Shown: positions 1 to 14,200 of the stretch, piece after piece
Numbering within the stretch: the first letter of the stretch is position 1
How the letters are laid out: each line of letters starts with the position of its first letter
Source: Phoronis australis
Lineage: Eukaryota > Animalia > Phoronida
Direction: 5' to 3'
Assembly: GCA_002633005.1 (NCBI GenBank)
Contig: NMRA01000127.1
Span: forward strand, 628,438-692,437
DNA: 64,000 nucleotides
Position numbers and translations under genes: made by a program
The notes under the pieces: generated by a model
The model's database searches: none
Told to the model about the DNA's origin: nothing
Seen by the model: the letters and a program-made list of their open reading frames with translations, nothing else

Positions 1-684
1 AAGACATTCGGCCACACTACACTAAATCGTAGTCTTTCCACCCTTTGCAGTAATACCCTTTTTCTTTTCATTGTTTACAACTTTAACCTTTTTGTTGCAC
101 AGTTTACTTTTTGCTATGAAACTCTAAAATTCACTATTACCTTTTACCAAACAGCTGGCAAAGCAAACCTCAGTGTGTGTTCATACTGTACAATCATCGG
201 GGTTTTGAATTGTTAGCATTGGCTCTAATTTGTCTTGCGAATATCGCATTTTTTATATCGAACGCCTCTGCTTATTTTTAAGCAAACTTTTGCAGATTAT
301 TCCATGATTGTGTTTATGGTGTTTAAATGTAATTCTTTGAAATGCATGCACTAACGAGTCTTCAATTTCACATACAGTATATATCAGGAAAGTGAAAATC
401 TCACTCAGCCAAATTCCCTGCCAAAGTAGATCTCAAAAAGATGATTTTCATCTTTAGTTTTTATAAGTAGCATAAGGTTGTACTGCACAGCTATCATCAA
501 ACAAGTGGTCCAAAACACAAAAAAGATGATTTTGACTGCAGGTTTTGTCTGAAATTGGCATAGGTTTTCATTGGTGTAATCTTGTGCGTCTTCTGCGTGA
601 ATCTTCTGAAAAAATGGATTTTCAGTCTTTGCATGAATGGCAGAAGAAATTTCATCGTTTTATGTGCCTATCTTGTTTTTTCAG

Positions 685-760
685 ACAATTGACGATGATA
701 GGCAGCACGACTGGTACAAAGAGATGTTTAAGTCACTACATAAAACTGAGAAACCCGAGG
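685..760 (+). CDS. SORBS: SoHo-domain exon, duplicate copy ([25 protein letters not shown]), probably an allelic/assembly duplicate
   Basis: ttttttcag acceptor, gtaagc donor, 76 nt. Same peptide as 2174-2249 with two synonymous differences. Confidence 0.6.
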
Positions 761-2173
761 GTAAGCGCCGCCAAATTTTGTACAACAGGCATTATTGATC
801 ACAAATAGATATTCCACGCGTGGTGCCTTTTCTTCCAGAATGTGTTTGCGAGTAGTTCCACTCGTGTGATNGCAAATAAGTTGCTTCGCAATTTATGTTT
901 GTGTTACCAAAAAGTTGCCACTGTAGGGCAATTATTGAATGCACTGTGCACTGGAAGTGATACTAACTTGGTGTTGTTTAAAGATGCCCTTTCATACATG
1001 TTCACTAGTTTTGGTTACAGAAAGAGTTTTGGCAATTGAAACTCATTACTAAAATAGAAACATTACGTAAATTACTGTCCTACTTTTATTTGCATTTTTG
1101 CGGGCTTTTCAGAAAAGAGGTTTTCAATGCCGTGAAACTGTGACGGCCATTTTGTTGCTGCACCACCAAAAATTATTCAAAAAAAGATGTACTTAATTCA
1201 GGTTATTCTGATAACATTTGATTACGCCTTGAAAGATTGTTTAAACTGGATTGATTTGCAGTCAAGATTGCTTTAATGTGAACTTTTTAAGTGACCGAAA
1301 AGAAGCGTAAAGAAAACCTATAGTGTTAATGCCCTGGAAAATATTACCATTAATTATTAAGGAGCTATAAATCTTACTCGCTAAATTGCAGTGAAAAAAT
1401 TACCCTAATTGATCAACATCCTCAGAACTTCATTTTTGAGAGATGTGTGAAACAAAACTCTACAAAGACATTCGGCCACACTACACTAAATTGTAGTCTT
1501 TCCACCCTTTGCAGTAATACCCTTTTTCTTTTCATTGTTTACAACTTTAACCTTTTTGTTGCACAGTTTACTTTTTGCTATGAAACTCAAAAATTCACTA
1601 CCTTTTACCAAACAGCTGGCAAAGCAAACCTCAGTGTGTGTTCATACTGTACAATCATCAGGGTTTTGAATTGTTAGCATTGGCTCTAATTTGTCTTGCG
1701 AATATCGCGTTTTTTATATCAAACGCCTCTGCTTATTTTTAAGCAAACTTTTGCAGATTATTCCAGGATTGTGTTTATGGTGTTTAAATGTAATTCTTTA
1801 AAATGTGTGCCCTAAAGAGTCTTCAATTTCACATACAGTATATATCAGGAAAGTGAAAAGCTCACTTGGCCAAATTCCTTGCCAAAGTAGATCTCAAAAA
1901 GATGATTTTCATCGTTAGTTTTTATAAGTAGCATAAGTTTTTACTGCACAGCTATCGTCAAACAAGCGGTAAAGTGTTTTTTGTCAATTAACCGTCCAAA
2001 ACTCCAAAAAAGATGATTTTGATTAAAGGTTTTGTCCGAAATTGGCATAAGTTTTCATTGGTGTAATCTTGTGCGTCTTCTGCATGAATCTTCTGAAAAA
2101 ATGGATTTTCAGTCTTTGCATGAAATGGCAGAAGAAATTTCATCGTTTTTATATGCCTATCTTGTTTTTTCAG

Positions 2174-2249
2174 ACAATTGACGACGATAGGCAGCACGAC
2201 TGGTACAAAGAGATGTTTAAGTCACTTCATAAAACTGAGAAACCCGAGG
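2174..2249 (+). CDS. SORBS: SORBS exon: C-terminal half of SoHo domain
   Basis: cag|ACAATT...GAGG|gtaagc, phase 0 to 1. [15 protein letters not shown] resembles the SoHo core DRPKDWYKTMFKQIH. Confidence 0.93.
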
Positions 2250-5200
2250 GTAAGCGCCGCCAAATTTTGTACAACAGGCATTATTGATCACAAATAGATG
2301 TTCCACGCGTGGTGCCTTTTCTTCCAGAATGTGTTTGCGAGTAGTTCCACTCAGTTTTATCGTGTGATCTTGTGTTGCAGTATGCTGGCTGATTTGACCT
2401 TTGATCTCATGAATACCTAAAACTACACTGGATGTTTTGCGTTTCACCCAATGTTTACAGTTTGTCTTTTTCTAGCAGTGTATTAGATAATGTTTGTAAG
2501 TTGTTCTTGAAAACTTTATTATTTTTAAATTACTTTCCCCCTAAATCTGATGTGAGGTCAAAAAAGCAAAGTTGGTTCTGGTCTTTACCCCGACTCATTT
2601 TAAGACCGGAGCTCACGGATTAAAAAAAGTCCACGCCAATTTCCGCTAAGGTGTGGTGTCTTTGAAAAGCTGCACGAGGTCATGGAATAAAAGGTAGTCA
2701 AGGTTTGAAGCACTGTGAATTACTAAGTGGTAAAATACAAATCCTGTATTGATTTTGCTTGTCTCTGGTGGATTTTCATTCTAACAAAGTGAGCAACTAA
2801 AAATAGTGTTTCAATTAGAATACTCAAATTTCAAAAAAAGAGATCAGAACTGACTGTGTTTTTGGCCTATTATGGGTTTCTTGGAACTTACCCCTAAGTT
2901 TGTGTTTTGGTGCTCACTTAAGTTATTGTCCATGCCGTACTCGTTGTTATTTTTGCCCTATCATGGCTGCTTCTAAATTGTTTCTATGTTTCCTTTGGCC
3001 TTTTTTATGAGTGTATTTATGTTTGTATTCTCCACCCATACATTTGTCTTCAATGTCAGGTTGTCATCTGTGTTTTTCAGAAAGGTGGACTGATTCCCGA
3101 AAAGGTTATTCTCTAGCGATTAGCGTGCTTTCTCTTTCTTTAACCATCAAAGCAACATGGCTTTCTCAAAAATTTATCTAGCATCTAACGTTGTGGTACT
3201 AATCATGGATCAGTTCAATAATGAAATGAGACTTCACTCGTGCACAAGCCGGTACTCCTGTACTGGTTAACTTCTGTAAATCAAAAGTCAGATGAAGCGT
3301 TTCATTTTTTTGTTGGATTTCTCTGAGGCAGTTGATATGGTTGTCGCTCTTCAATCCAGCACAAAGATAATTGTCAAAAAAGCATTTTTCCATTTTCAAA
3401 TATTGATAACTGTTAAAATGCTCAAAATTTAACTAATCACGCTGAGTCAAGTTTTTATCTCCTTTTATATTTGTTGAGAAATCTGACAAAATAAAATTCC
3501 ACATATCCTCCATCTTGTTCGCTAAACTGGGTAGAATTTACCGTACTATTAACCAATACATATGAATTATGAGAACAAGGCCATGTTGCAATACCTTTTT
3601 TGTTTTTCTGATGTCCTTTATTTTCATTTGACCCTGCTAATTTTACTTTAGAGTTCAAGTGGCTGTATATTATTAACAATTAATTTCTATCTTGTGGACA
3701 CTTTTAATAATATGGCAAATGGTTCATTAGGATACCAAACCTTTTGCTCTTGCTTAAAATGTTCATGCAGGCAAAATGCGAATCAAATATCTCGTTGCAT
3801 GCAAACTCATACCTTGAAACAGTCCCGCTATTCTTTGGTCTTCTTCTTGAACTTGCGTCTGATTTTTCAGTTGTTCACACTAAGTCTGAATGGTAACGGT
3901 TTGTTCACTCAAGTTGTTCGTTGCATTCTATTTTAAACTTTGAGTTAAATTGCTAAGCATGTTTTTGTTTTTCGTGCCTGTTTCGGAAACTGTTCTGAAG
4001 AAAGATACATATTACTGGTGACAAAATTGCACGTTTAGCAGATAACAGTGAGATTGCTAAATACACTTGGTCAAAAACATTTTAGTAATACTAAGTGGCC
4101 TTAGAACATTCAGTTGTTACAAGTTGCTAATCTCGATTTAATGGATTGCCGATGTTTCATCAAATGTAAAAAACGTCACGTCAGGGCTCAGGATCTGTTC
4201 TTTGTACTCGATATCAAACTCAAAATTATTTTTGACATTTTGTGTTGTACTTTCATATTAACTTAAGGTGTCTATTGTCCTGTGCTCGAATATATTACCG
4301 ATTACACCGATGTGTTTTCAGTCCAAGTTCGCACTTGATGACCACTCGATTCATGCTACAAATTTTTGTAAAAACAAGAAATTTCGAGTTCAGACTCGAA
4401 CTTATAAGATTAATGCTGGGATTGTCTTCTTTTTTTACACTAGCGGCTAGCTCGAATACAGGTGTCAATAAGTGCGAACTTGGATTAGAAACTTCTTATG
4501 CATAAATGATGTTGTGCAGAATACTAGACACCTATCTGAGTTCACACAAAAGTAGAAGTGAGAATGTCAAAAATTATTTTGAGTTTGATTTCGAGTACAA
4601 AGGTTAGATCCCGGGGCCTGATGTCATCCAGGACAGAGAGAGACTATTGGTCGATTTAAGGGGATGCTGTGCATGACAAACAAAAGTACGCTGACTGCAC
4701 ACCATTTATACGGCTATTCAGAATTTTTTCCTTGGACAATGTTGTCGTGGCCCCCATTCACGACATCCTAGATTCTGACAATCATTACGGATGAATTCAC
4801 CTCTCTCAAGCAAGTGCTTTCGGTCAAAAGATGTCATGTAACCAAATGCTGGCAGTGTAACTGAATTACTTGTTGTGGTGTTGCTGTTAAGGCAGTAAGC
4901 ATTTTGTTTTTCAGAAGAAAATCCGTACACCCCCACTTATCAATTCCCCGAGCCAGAACCCGAGTCAAAAGAAGAAAGTAAGTTAGTCCCTCCCACGGTG
5001 TCCTACTCTGAACATCTCTGTCTTATAACTTTTTGTCTTTCTTACTTTAATTGGAAATGGAATCGTTTTAACAGTTAGAAAATGGTCAGCTGGACATCTT
5101 TTCTCACATTTCTTTCTTCACACATGGTAACTAACGACGACACGCTTGAAGTCAAGTATGACACTTGACTTGCCCATAAATTCAGCAAACATGTGTTCCC

Positions 5201-8200
5201 ACTCATTATGCATAAGCTGAAAATGACGAAAATAGCGTGGAAAAGTCGCGGAACGTAAAACAGTGCTAACATTAATTTCACGCAAAAAGGATTTTTGTTT
5301 TGCATCTTGCATTCATTTGTGCTTTGTAACAGTCATAATAAGTATCATTATAAATTTTTACTTTTAGGAGAAATTAACTCCTGGAAAATGAAAATTATAT
5401 CCTAGAAAGCTTGAGCATAGTTCAGACTAACGAGAAACCAAAATATGAGTGGAAACCATGAAAATGTGCGTTACTCATGTTAACATTTCCCTTATTTGTT
5501 CAACACGTTCCTTTTAATAAACAATTGCATGGCATTTAATATAGCATGCACATGGATTGCTATTTTGCAGCTGAGACGAACCCATATGTACCTGGTTATG
5601 AACTGTTATATCACTCACCCACAGGTAACCCATCACAGTCGCGTGTGTTCCCCTCAGTATTTATTAGATGTTTTGGATTTTGAACTATTTCCTGATTTCT
5701 CTGCAGACAACTGTCCATGCTCATCATATGTACGGTAATTCTTCCATGAATTTGTACAAAAATTTTGTGCTGGTACACGCTTTGTGATTTGTTAAAAAAT
5801 TGTTTTATCACCTAATGCACCTGGTGTTCATATTGTCATTGTTGACATTGTCATTTGTACAAGGAACTTCACGAATCATTACATGTTAAGAAGGAACTTT
5901 ATGAATTATTAATTCGTATGAATTCATAGATGATTTACCATGAGTTATTTTCTAAGCTGTACATAAATATCATTATGTCTTGTCATGTCTGTGTCTATGC
6001 ACTTTGCTTTTGTCACTCACCAAATCTTTCATCCTCGTCTCTTCTGCTCAAGACAGTTACGACCTTACATAATTCTACTCAGCCGTCTTCTGCCAGTACG
6101 TGTTGAAGTGGACTTCTGCCGCACGGGTCCATTGTTGTTTTGATGTAATGTGTAGTTTGATGTAGTCACTCTCTGGCTCAATGTCTAATTTCCAAACTCG
6201 TAATTAAACTTCAAATTAGTTTCTACATTTTTCGTTGTACCTTAAGGTGATCTCAAGATAAGCATCTATTCTGTGTTGAAGTACATTATGGTTTTCGTGG
6301 ATGACTGTCTAATTCTAGTTTGTGCTCGGGCAACCCGAGCATCAAAGCTGTAATATCAAGTCTGGACTTGAAATCTCAAGTTTTTACTCGAGTTTGTAGC
6401 TGAAATCTTAGTGTTGTCAAGTGTAAACTCAATTAGACACTTCTCTGTGCGTAATCCATTGACGAAACACAGAATAATAAACACTTATCTTGAGTCTGCA
6501 TTGAAGTGGAACAGAAAATGGCAAAACTAATTCTGAGTTAGATTTTGAGTTTGGAGATTAAACCTGGGACCAGAAGATTAGATATGGTTTTAGTTTTCTA
6601 CCTCAGATGTTGGCTATCTAGATTTACATAACTTTTTCGGCAGTGTTATTCAGAAATCAAATTGAAAACTTTGCAATATGCTGTTCTATAAATCTTATTC
6701 ATCGAGTTGGTGATTTATGTTCATTTTCATCTTTACCGTTGATAACCACAATAAGGGCGTAGTAACATTAATGTGTTGTCTGCTCTAAACACTTGAGTCA
6801 TCTGTCAGAAAAGGCCTTGTGCCATTCATCTTCAAACGCAATGGCTTTGGATGTTTTTTTTTTTGCGAAATAGTTTTGTAGTGTATTAGTTGCGTCGAAT
6901 CTTTTTTCAGACGAGTCCAAACGAGCGATGCCAGATCGAAGCCAGAGCGTGTCAACAAACGTGTATGAGTCGAGGTACAATAATACTGGCGAAAGAAAGT
7001 GAGTAGAGAAATAATGCCTGCAAAACACTGTGTATTGATACAACCGGCCGTGTGACGTCTGCTCACAATAGGTGGAGGTAGTGTGTGGCGTCTGCTCACA
7101 TTAGGTGGTGGTAGTTCATGACTAGTGGACTGAATGCATGCAGTGGAAGACAATTTAACACCCTCGTGGCAGAGGGGGTGCTTTTACAGTCTAAAAAACT
7201 AAGAAAACTTGTCAAATATTACAAAGAGACCAATAGACTGCAACAAAATGAACTAGCATGCTGGTATGTATACACACTGGGCAAAGGTAATTTTTAAGCT
7301 TGCCTATTCAAAAGAAACAGGTTGTGATGCTAGACAGACAAGGAAGATGTATTGAAACCTGCTTATTCGAATGGAAAAAATCTCGAGTTTCTGTGGAACA
7401 CAGTGCATTAGATCACATTTTAGAGTACATTGTTTACTTAGTTGTCTGTCGTACACGTGTCCATATGTCCCAAATTTTGTGCTACTTTGTCAGATAAGCA
7501 TCGCTGTCCTTTCTCACGTTTGTTTATACTCTAAATAACTCCTAATCTTACTTGCATCATGTCGATGATATTTTGTGTTGAATAACAGCAGCAGCATGAG
7601 GTCACCCTGACAAGGTATGACTCAAATCGTCGTTTTTCCACTTTGTCTACAAACTTAAGTATTTAGATTTTTTACTGTCAGAACTCAATATGAGGATAGA
7701 TCATCATTTTTGGTTGTTGAACCCAAGATGTGTCGGAATTAAATTTTTATTTCATAAAGCCGTCTGCTATCTAGTTGTATCAGTTGTTTTGTGTTGCACG
7801 CATATCTCTCACTCTCTTTGTTCAAGCACGCAAATGATTTGTTCTTGAGTGTATTAGTTAAACTCTGTGTTAGTAGATTAATGTATGATCCGGAGCTACA
7901 CTACTAAGAACCTTAACAATAGGGCCGTCAGGGATTGCGCGCCAACAGAACTCTCCTTTGTCCCGGAGATGAGAAAGCGCATAACCTCGTTTTGGAAATC
8001 AGGCACATTTTCATGTCTCTCTTTAATTTTGGGAAGGCACAGAATGGCAGATCATGCATCCACGGGTATTTGTCCAGATTATCAAACTTTCTCACATCAG
8101 AGTTGTAGCCCCTGGCACAGCAGTAATACTTTATTGGAAAGACGGATAGAGTAATGCAACCGAGAAAAACTTGTAAAGTATCAGACAACAACAAATAACA

Positions 8201-11200
8201 TGTGAAACTCACTGGCACGAAAACGAGGCAGCAAATGTGCCTGGTGGATGTTTATGGCATTGTGGGTAAAAATAGCGAGATTCGAGTGTGGCTGTGTTAT
8301 CTGGGACGGCCCTGTTATCATTATTTGAAGCCATGTTTGGCGTATGAAATGACCACCATGTCAAGCCAACGTGTTGTGTCTGTTCTGAGACAATAACGAT
8401 TTACCAGCTTTTCTCGAGCTCAGAAATCATTTCTAATGTGAGTAATGAACAAATTGAGACCAGGTCTATTCCAGTAAGTGGTTTGAATCAAAAGTTTGGT
8501 TTTTTTTGGCAGAAAGCAAGTTTATTGCGGCTTTAAATGTCTGTTCATTGTCTTGTTAATTTCAGTAACATGGTGGCCTATATGGCTATAGGTTTAACTG
8601 AACAAAATACCGTACCCATTTGGGGTTAAAATCCACGGAATTTAAATTGTGGGACTCAAAATCAAGGAGCGAGCATGAAGCCGTATGCACCAAAGCAGGG
8701 TCACTTTAAAGTGGTTATGGTATTGTAAAGATTCTTCAAAATTAGAACACAATATAGCGGAAAACTGTTTTATCAAATTTTCAACAAATAATAAACAAGA
8801 AGACAATTTTACTTGATTATTTAAAACTGTATGTATGCAGCATGTGGTACGTCTATTATCAACACACACACGTGATTAAATTGGACCTTTTCTGGCAAAA
8901 CAGCAAGTGTTTGACAAATGAAAAAATTATAATTTGATTCGAATTTGAGGAAACTTCACGATAACTGAATTTTCTAGAGATTAGCGTAATTCACCTGCCA
9001 GTATGAGTAACGTAGTTGTGAGCGTTTCGTGTCAACTATTGTCTGTCTCTTATGAAAGCAGACCATGGCGTGGAGTTCACTAGTGATGTTTCTTGGTCAT
9101 TTCAGCCCATGGCTGCCAGACGCTAGGGCACAACCCGACAGGTACCGAGTTCAGCCACGTAGTATCATTGACTATGAGCCAGGCTACTCCTCCATTGCCT
9201 TTCAAGAAGCCAAGAAGGTAGGTGTTGGCCAAGATTTTTGATTCCTTCAATAAAAACCTGAAGTCAGCTTAAGTTCAAAATTTTTCTCGAGTGATTTTCT
9301 AAAAAGATTTGGACAAACTTTATTCTCTAAAATTAGCGAAATTTATGAACAAAAATTTGGCTACTTTTCAAATACTTAGTTTTCGTCTAGATTTTTGTCA
9401 GAACTTTGGCAAACACAGAGGAAATATACCAAAACTGATGTTGGACAATGTGTATTGAGCAAATTTTTTTTATGGTTTTATGTATGAATGAAAAACGGGT
9501 TGTTCGCATTTTGTTTGCATTTGCCGGTACTGGGGAGAATTTGTAAAATCATTAACTCGAGCAGTTTGTGTCGACACGCAGCACTGTTTGCATTTTGAGC
9601 ATTTTTGTATTTCAATGTTTTGTGTTGTTTTCGTAGCCTCTTTTGTTGTAATAGTGTGGAGTGTTTAACGCTACCTTAGATCCAGTCTGCTAATTGCGTA
9701 ATGTAATGCAATATAATTGCTTTTCATTTGCTTTTTCCATTTTTAACATGCTGTGTTTTTTGGTTGTTTCAGATTAAAATTTTAGCGAATCGTTTTGTCA
9801 TTAATTGTCTGGTATTTACAGTTTCTTAATTATCTTTTACTGGGCTGTTGTTGAACAAAACAAGATTCCCTCCAGCCTGTGTGACACTTTCAAGTTTACC
9901 TCTCTGACAACGTATCCGTCAAAATCTTGACTGAAATGGTCATCTCCCAGCCCATAGTGGTTTTAAATGTGGCCCGCCGGCTAGTTTGTAGTGAGAAGTT
10001 TCCAGATTTGAATTGCTCTTGGCATCGTGTGATTTATAGAAAAAAAATTCTTGGCATATGTCGTGGAAATGAAATGACTTGGCAATTCCTGCTTAATACT
10101 AATAGTTTTATTTTATGTTGTTTTTACTAAAAATCGAAAGAAATTTTCTTGACAAGGTAGACACGGTCAGTTTTCGTGGCTGATATTCCTATCCGCGCTG
10201 TCCCCTTTTATTGACCATAAGGGTAGTTATGGTCAGTTTATCTAATCCAATAGGAAACATTTGACATGAATTTTTTTTGCGATGTGATAGCACAAAAGTG
10301 TCCTTTGCTTGACCCAATTTCTAAATCTGATCGGCAAAATGGTAGTTGATAGTGAAGAAATGCAATTTCTTTCGTTCATTGGCATTTTGAGACGTTGAAA
10401 TTTTTTATGCAATTTAGTTGTATATCCCACCACAAAGCAGTGCCAATGGAAGGCATCACGGTTGCAAAGAAAGTTTTCAAAAAGGCTGGAGAATATCCTG
10501 ATTGCATTAAATCGATATGGGTTATATAGAATGCTGGCCACCAACAGCATATTAGCAACAAGGCATATTTCATCATGTCGCGGTGATATGGAATAACAGC
10601 TGTTGACAGGCTGAAACAAAGCCTGTAATAACCAGAGCTCACTGGTCCAGTAGACATGGCCAACTCTTAACAAAAAATAAGCATGATTATATCGCCACAG
10701 GTTCACGAAAATGCTGTTCTCAGCTCCTAATGCCAGAGGGAGGTGGTACTGTTCTGTTTTTTCTCTTGAACAAGCGTTTGTTCAGATAAAGCTTGAAAGT
10801 GGTGCATGAACACACAAAATGGAATGGATAAAATGTCCGGTTTTGTTCTTCAGCTCAGTACTGCTTCATCACTTTACGTAGTCGCCACTTTCACCGTAGG
10901 CATAGTCTTGTTCTAATTGTCTTCCTCTCTCTAATTCACACGCTGAGTGTAGGACGATGAACCTCCTGATGAACCTGAGGATGAGGTAAATGTTGTGTTT
11001 GCAGCCTTTACTGCCAGGCGGCTCTTTGTTCTCTCTCATGAATCTTTATCTTCGTACGAAAGGTCTCCGCGATCTTTTCATTCCCAGCAAAGGCTTCTTC
11101 TTCACTACCATCATTGCCACTAGGTGTCTCTGAAACCTTCATTAATTTCCCCCACTTGTTTCTGTTGTGTTATTCTCCTTATGTCTCGACAGGTTGTTTG

Positions 11201-14200
11201 TATTTCTTCAAGAAACAAGATTCTCGTACTAACATTTGTGGAAATGGATATTTTAGATACCTTAAGACCAATGCAGACGGAGAGCTCGAATGAAAATGAG
11301 CTCAGCTTTGACAAAATGAACCGCTAGATTTTGCGAGAGTGTGAGACAAATGTTGGATTTCTTTCACTTGCCAAGGGAGAATGCTCATAAAAAGCAGGTT
11401 AAGTGAGCTAAGTGCTTCACTGATTATCTTTGCTTACTAATGAAGATCAATTTTGCATCACTCACTGGTTCATTGTAACCATGTGTATTAAATTTATGCT
11501 GTTTACTGGCTGCAATCCTTGTTTCCAGGCCAGTGAGTATTTTGTCTAACTGTGTGCGGGTAACAATGTGAGGTAAATTTCACTTGAGGCAGATAGCTGA
11601 GCTTGTAGCTCTCCCTCTGCGGTGGCTCTTAGTTGACAGAAATGAACTGTTCATGATTGTTGTGCCATGTCTATCATACGTTTAACTTAGTTCTTAAGGC
11701 GCCAAACTAGGTCATACATATGTAGGTGATCTCATCAGAGTTACTGTTATTTTTCTATCATTTATTTGCCAACAAGTACAATTTTTAAGTTATATTGAGT
11801 GTAAAAACTGTGAAATTCATTGAAGCTGTTTAGCCGCAAATTATAATTATGAACTACAATCTGACAACAATGAAAGAAAACGAGAAGTTTTAACTTGCCC
11901 GATTTCACTACGTACTTAATTTTTGTGAGAATCACAAAATTTAAACAAAATATTCAATACTTGCCATTGTGTGAACCTTCCAAAGCAATATTACGTCAAC
12001 AGTGCTCGATTTAACTTGAAATATGACTATATTATGACACTGTCCAGGAGCTGTAATTCATCGACCATTTTGGTTTGCGTTGTTCCTCCTTTTAAACTGT
12101 GTCGGAGGCAGTGCACGTTTTTATGTACCATAACCTAAAATGGCCGCCGTGATGCAATCTTAGGGACTTTAAGGACTATAACCAGGACAGGTTGCTATGC
12201 CTTGATTTGTTAGGTAACTCTTATCTTACCGTAATATCATCAGTTTTGTGTGTATGGGATGAAATTGATGTGGTCCACTCTAGACTTGCAGTATGCTCAG
12301 TAATTTCGACTGTCCCCAGTAAGTGTGCTGGCTACTCAGGAAGTTCTTCACTACGAAATTGCGTTGCGCTTCAGTTCATGACGATGCGAATATTTCTATT
12401 TGCAGACTTGCTGTGGATTAGTAGCTCTTGTGAGAATAGAACTCTAAATTTTATCGTTACTTTTGTGCACGTTTTGTGTGTCTTCTGTACACTGATTTTG
12501 AATTATTGACAGTGTTTACTTTTTGTGCACGTTTTCAATGTCTTTTGTAACTTTGTACACTCATTTTGCCTCATTGACTGTTCTTACGTTGTCTTCGACT
12601 ATTTAGCATCTGGTTTCAGAATATTTTAGAAAGCATGGCAAATGGTGTTTGGCTTGATGTTAAGGAATCAGATCTTCTATTTGGTGCCAGCTCATTACTT
12701 GGATGTGTAGTTTGTGATTCTGTAATGGCAGCTGAAGAGTAAATGGCATTCTGTTGTTGCAGCTGAGTTGCTTTGCCATTCTTAAGATATTTTGCCCAGA
12801 GATATTTTCTAAATGTTAATTTTTTATTGTAACATTGCTCTCCTGTTTTAAAAGCTGACCACTTCGCTTAGTTAATCAAAATTGTTATTCTTTTATGAAG
12901 GCTGTGCAGTACAAACATAGAGTAAATAATTCATAACATTTTAGTTTTTGTTCAGATTTTGTACGCCATGTTGCGTGCTAAATTGGCGATCAATTGCAGT
13001 AGTCTCTTTGTAACAGGTTTTTTTGCTGAGTGGCTAGACAATGATCACAGACAATTCAATCTGCCTTCGAATGAATTTGTTTACGCGAATCAGTCATTTT
13101 GTTTTCAAATACATTTGCTTGGCTCAGCACCTTTGGTTTCATAAGTCATACCCCCTCCCCGGGTTTTAACTCAGACAAGATACATACCAGCATGTCAGTA
13201 ATGGTTTTAGGATGCTTTGTAATAAAAACTGTAATCTATGTTGTCTGTACATTACTCAATGATTGATTACCCAACTTAGAATAGGATGCTATAAGGATGT
13301 GGCATTGGTTTTTGTATGTACCCGGTAGTTAAAATTATGGTAATTCTTTTTTAGAGACTGAATAGTTTACTGCAAATAATGGAAAATTTACCATTTAGTT
13401 GTTTTATGACATACACACATTCATACCATGGTAGTGATAGGTTAAAATTTTCTTATTCTTTATTTTTGTGGAGAAATTTTATAAAGTAGAATTTCACTTG
13501 TCGGCCATATTGTGTGCTAAATACATGAGGAATTAAACAGTAAAAATTCTCAATGCAGCCACCAAATATTATGCGGATATCTTACTTTATTTTTAGAATG
13601 GATGTTCTGATTCTACGTCATTTTGTATGATTTTGCGACCAGTTGGGAGAGCCCTTTATTCCAGTAAGGCATGAACAGAGCAAACATACATTGATACGCT
13701 AGACAATGAGAGTTCAGTATCCTGGAAGCAGCTGTTGGTAGTGAATTTTTACATCAATTGACATATTTATTTGTTTAGTAATGAAGGCTTATTACTGGAT
13801 TATGTCTGTCCTGTTGCCAATGTGTAAGTATTGATCTGAAATGTAAATCATGTTTTAAATGTTTACAACCCATTTTCATTTACATTCATCAATTGGTCGA
13901 TGTATTTTATTGTATCATATTCACTGCTTTATTGCTGATTGGTGTTTTCTGCTGAACCACTTATAATACTACTACAGCATTGCCATGTAATCTTATTGCA
14001 GCCGCTGTAGCCAAATAGAAAAGGCCTGCAGCACGTATTGTTTTTGTAGCATCAACCAGGTCTATTCAACTCTAGCAGGTGTGAAATACTATATAAAAAT
14101 AATAAAAACAACTTCGACATGATTGGCTCTTTTTCAAAACAAACTTGTTAATTGGTGGTTGTGGCGTACGCACACCTGAATTATTCAGCTGTAGCTCATC

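Larger units (their letters stand above)
1..2368 (+). repeat. Near-identical direct duplication 1-870 vs 1465-2368, with an N at 871
   Basis: Sequence from aagacattcggccacac to gtgtgat recurs with scattered substitutions and small indels. The first copy ends exactly at the gap character. Confidence 0.95.

Noticed and set aside
10242-10706. 154-aa minus-strand ORF
   Set aside because: Non-ATG start, no recognisable motif, no supporting splice structure.
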